Source: Selaginella moellendorffii
Lineage: Eukaryota > Plantae > Lycopodiophyta
Assembly (NCBI RefSeq): GCF_000143415.4
Contig: NW_003314266.1
Coordinates: forward strand, 1,138,463 to 1,202,462
Direction of reading: 5' to 3'
DNA length: 64,000 nt
Position numbers and translations under genes: made by a program. Below, one piece after another: positions 61,312 to 64,000 of this stretch; position 1 is the stretch's first letter; every line of letters starts with the position of its first letter. The notes beneath the pieces are model-generated. The model saw only the letters and a list, made by a program, of their open reading frames with translations, made no database searches and was not told where the DNA came from.

Positions 61312-62379
61312 TTATTTATCAGAACTTGTCAAGAGATGGACCAAGTCATCCTTTTTGAGCCTCGAGTAGCCAGACAATCCCCTCGACTTGGCCATGCCTC
61401 TCAGCGTCGGCACTGTCAACTTGGCCAGATCGCTGATCTCCTCCACCTCAGATTTCCTGCTAAACACCCCTTCTTCCTCACTCGACTCTTCTTCTATCCT
61501 TGCTGCCGATCCTCCCGACTCTGATGTTTCCGATCCGTCCTCTTCGCTTCCAAGCTCCTCCACCACCTTTGTTGATCTCTCGAACTCTTGCCCCAATCTC
61601 GATCGCTGCTCCGGCTTGGGCGACGACACCGACTGGAGCTTCTTGAGGATGGACGCGAATGGAACCGGATCCACCACGCCGCCGCCTTCCACTGGCAGCT
61701 GCCGGATCTTGCTGGGCTTGTTCTTGCGGGCCGGCGGAGGCGGATTCTTCGTCGCCACGCCCAGCGTCTTCACCAGGGACTGGAGCTGCTGGATCGACTT
61801 CTCCTGCTGGGCGCTCAGCTTGGAGGACGAAGGGGTGGAAGCTCCTCCGGCCGGGTTCTTCGGGAAGATCTTATCGAACCAAGCATCGGTGTTGTTGTTG
61901 GTCTCGGCGGTGGCGGTGCTGGACGAGCTGGATCCATTCGCGGCCTCGAACAAGCTCGCCCATTTGGAGACCCTGTCGGATTTTTTTCTCACCTGGACTG
62001 GCTCGGGCTTCTTCGCCTTCGCTAGACGGCCACCATCGATTTCTTCCTTCTCTAGAAGATCTTCTTCTTCTTCTTCTTCTTCCTCGTCTCCTTCGGGATT
62101 GTTGGTGGAGATGCTTGACAAAGGAATGTAGCGGAGAGGCCTCCTCGCCGGGACTGGCGATCGCTTCACGAAAAGAGACGCTGGCCTTGTCACCGCTGAG
62201 CATCCATCGCCCTGCTTCCTCCTCGACGCCAAAATCTCGAGCGAGAGGTGTGCTCTACAATGCCCATCGCCGCCGCCGTTGCCGAGGAGCGACGAGACAG
62301 GCCCTCCGAGCATCGAGCTGTGGGGAAATTGTGGGCGGTGAGCGTCATTGGAGCACGCCACAGACCTGGCAAGGTACAT
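61312..62379 (-). CDS. Rho termination factor N-terminal (Rho_N) domain protein, probably organelle-targeted
   Basis: Long low-complexity ORF ending DLAKLTVPTLRGMAKSRGLSGYSRLKKDDLVHLL. Ser/Arg-rich N-terminus; first ATG at 62379. Confidence 0.85.
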   Translation of the reverse strand: MYLARSVACSNDAHRPQFPHSSMLGGPVSSLLGNGGGDGHCRAHLSLEILASRRKQGDGCSAVTRPASLFVKRSPVPARRPLRYIPLSSISTNNPEGDEEEEEEEEDLLEKEEIDGGRLAKAKKPEPVQVRKKSDRVSKWASLFEAANGSSSSSTATAETNNNTDAWFDKIFPKNPAGGASTPSSSKLSAQQEKSIQQLQSLVKTLGVATKNPPPPARKNKPSKIRQLPVEGGGVVDPVPFASILKKLQSVSSPKPEQRSRLGQEFERSTKVVEELGSEEDGSETSESGGSAARIEEESSEEEGVFSRKSEVEEISDLAKLTVPTLRGMAKSRGLSGYSRLKKDDLVHLLTSSDK

Positions 62380-63136
62380 TGGGATGAAAATCTCTACCCT
62401 GGATTGGATTGAGAGAAGAGAAACCGTGCAGAACCTGGATTCGCGATTACAATGCCCAAGGAACCCTAAAAATAAAATGTGATAACCAAAGATAAGACTT
62501 AAATGAGCTTCCAGTTCCAGCCAAGTTCCACATATTTTTGATAAAATCATGAATCTCTTCTCTTGAACTTCTGGCTACTCCTACTCCTCCCTCATACTTT
62601 TCTATCTTGTGTGGAAGGAGGCATGTTTTCCACACCCAAAAGGTTAGCACCACTCACGATACTTCTCTTCCCTGACTATCATCCAAGCCTGACAAGCGTA
62701 TGATCAAGTAGGCAATCATGGAAGAGGAATAGAAGTCGAAGGTCTTGAAAGAACACATTTGAACGCTGTCAAGGTTTGAGGCGGGGGTGCTCAAGGTCGC
62801 AAACGTGCTCAATCTTTTTTGCAAAGCAGTCACTTACCACCTTTGTTCATTTATCATTTACAGCACTATATTCTAACAGCGATGCCAATCACCACGCTGC
62901 TGTGTCCTGAATCATCTTCCAGAAGAACTCCCGGTTCATTCAGCACCACAATGTCCTTCGTCTTCGAGAAGAAACTTCTCTTGAGTTTGCAGCAGTACTT
63001 CAGATGGTGAGGAAACCTTTTAGCAATCCTGCTCTGGATGATGATACCAGATCCAATTTCTGGATCCTGGAGAGAAAAAAAATAGCTTTATCTTGGGAAA
63101 AAAAAAAAAAAAACCGAAGACATGAAGAACTTGCTT

Positions 63137-64000
63137 TTAACAAGAGAACCAAGCAAGCTCCCCCCAGGCTTCTGTCAGAGCATCGGGCGCCTCCACCACT
63201 GACCAGCTCTTGGAATCAACTCCAAAGTGCACAATGCGCGAGCTGGCCCAATCAACCAACCATATACTGTTTCTCCCATCAGTGCACGTCGAGTTCACGT
63301 CAAACTCCTTGTCATGGCACAAAACAATCTCCCACTTCTCTCCCTGCCTCTTCCCTCCCCGCCCCCCAATTTCTAAATCACTCACCACCAAAAGCCGGTC
63401 CTGATCCAGCTGAAGGAAGCACAAGTTATTTGCCCCCATCTCGCTGGGATCAACCTCCAAAATTCGCCAGCAACCATCCCACAAGTTGTATCTCGCAATC
63501 TTCTGAGAACCAGTGCAAAACACCACCACCTCACCATGATCCAGGACCGGATAGAAGCCATTCATGCGAAACGTGTGCCATGGTTCTGGGCATTCTTGTT
63601 TGTGCCTCGACCACTTGCCCCGAGGCGAGTCGTAAATGTATAGCGAGACCCATGGCATGACGAAGATAGCGACACAAAACTCTCGTGTTGATCGATCCCT
63701 CTCGCGGTTGTACACCACTATGTGCATTTGCTCACTGTCCGCCGCCGGCAAAGGAACTCTTGCCGGCGAGGAGTTGAGATCGCTGTAGCGCCACACGAAG
63801 ATGGAAGAGGTCTGCCCAAATTTCTCAAACGTGGCCAGGCACAGCAAGCCGACGTCGCTGCTGACGATCCTCATACCCTTGGGGAGCGTCTGGAAGAGGC
63901 GCCACTCGCTGCGCAGGGAACTCTCGACTGGCCTCACGAAGATGGATTTATCTTCGTCATCGGCGATACAAAGGCAGAGATGAGGGATGCAGTCGTGGGA
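63137..64000 (-). CDS. F-box-associated/kelch-like beta-propeller protein, 5' end outside window
   Basis: Frame open to the right edge: IVSSDVGLLCL, LYIYDSPRGKWS, IARYNLWDGCW, FGVDSKSWSVV. A small last exon near 63000-63068 is possible. Confidence 0.6.
   Translation of the reverse strand, partial: SHDCIPHLCLCIADDEDKSIFVRPVESSLRSEWRLFQTLPKGMRIVSSDVGLLCLATFEKFGQTSSIFVWRYSDLNSSPARVPLPAADSEQMHIVVYNRERDRSTREFCVAIFVMPWVSLYIYDSPRGKWSRHKQECPEPWHTFRMNGFYPVLDHGEVVVFCTGSQKIARYNLWDGCWRILEVDPSEMGANNLCFLQLDQDRLLVVSDLEIGGRGGKRQGEKWEIVLCHDKEFDVNSTCTDGRNSIWLVDWASSRIVHFGVDSKSWSVVEAPDALTEAWGELAWFSC

Noticed and set aside
1-64000. tRNA, rRNA or other ncRNA genes
   Set aside because: None recognised by eye; only PBS-like tRNA complements were seen. 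tRNAscan-SE/Infernal would be needed to exclude them.

Overview
Eukaryotic land-plant genomic DNA. The ~50-70 nt GT-AG introns, very tight gene packing and gene content suggest a lycophyte such as Selaginella (inference). (1) 1-16 kb is accessory. A >500-codon minus-strand ORF missing from the ORF track (it runs off the left edge) encodes a Crinkler(CR)-like P-loop NTPase, and 2-3 more decayed copies of the same family lie nearby. These surround a full-length but decayed chromodomain Ty3/Gypsy element (Tcn1/Tf1-like, apparently self-priming), a short Met-PBS LTR relic and an older Gypsy relic. (2) 17-39 kb is a dense gene island: lipoxygenase, LUX/BOA-like GARP factor, alpha/beta hydrolase, multi-TM protein, PMEI-PME, PDX2, a frameshifted CSA/ERCC8, METTL6-like methyltransferase, CYP94 with two decayed tandem copies, and an amino-acid transporter fragment. 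(3) 40-55 kb is AT-rich, with stacked Helitron-type 3' ends, Harbinger relics and co-oriented gene fragments (CYP88/KAO, PurL, HAD phosphatase). (4) 55.7-60.5 kb is a second decayed Gypsy element. (5) 61-64 kb holds a Rho_N-domain gene and a partial F-box/kelch-like gene. A 100-N gap lies at 54692-54791. All family calls come from motif recognition by eye; no searches were run.
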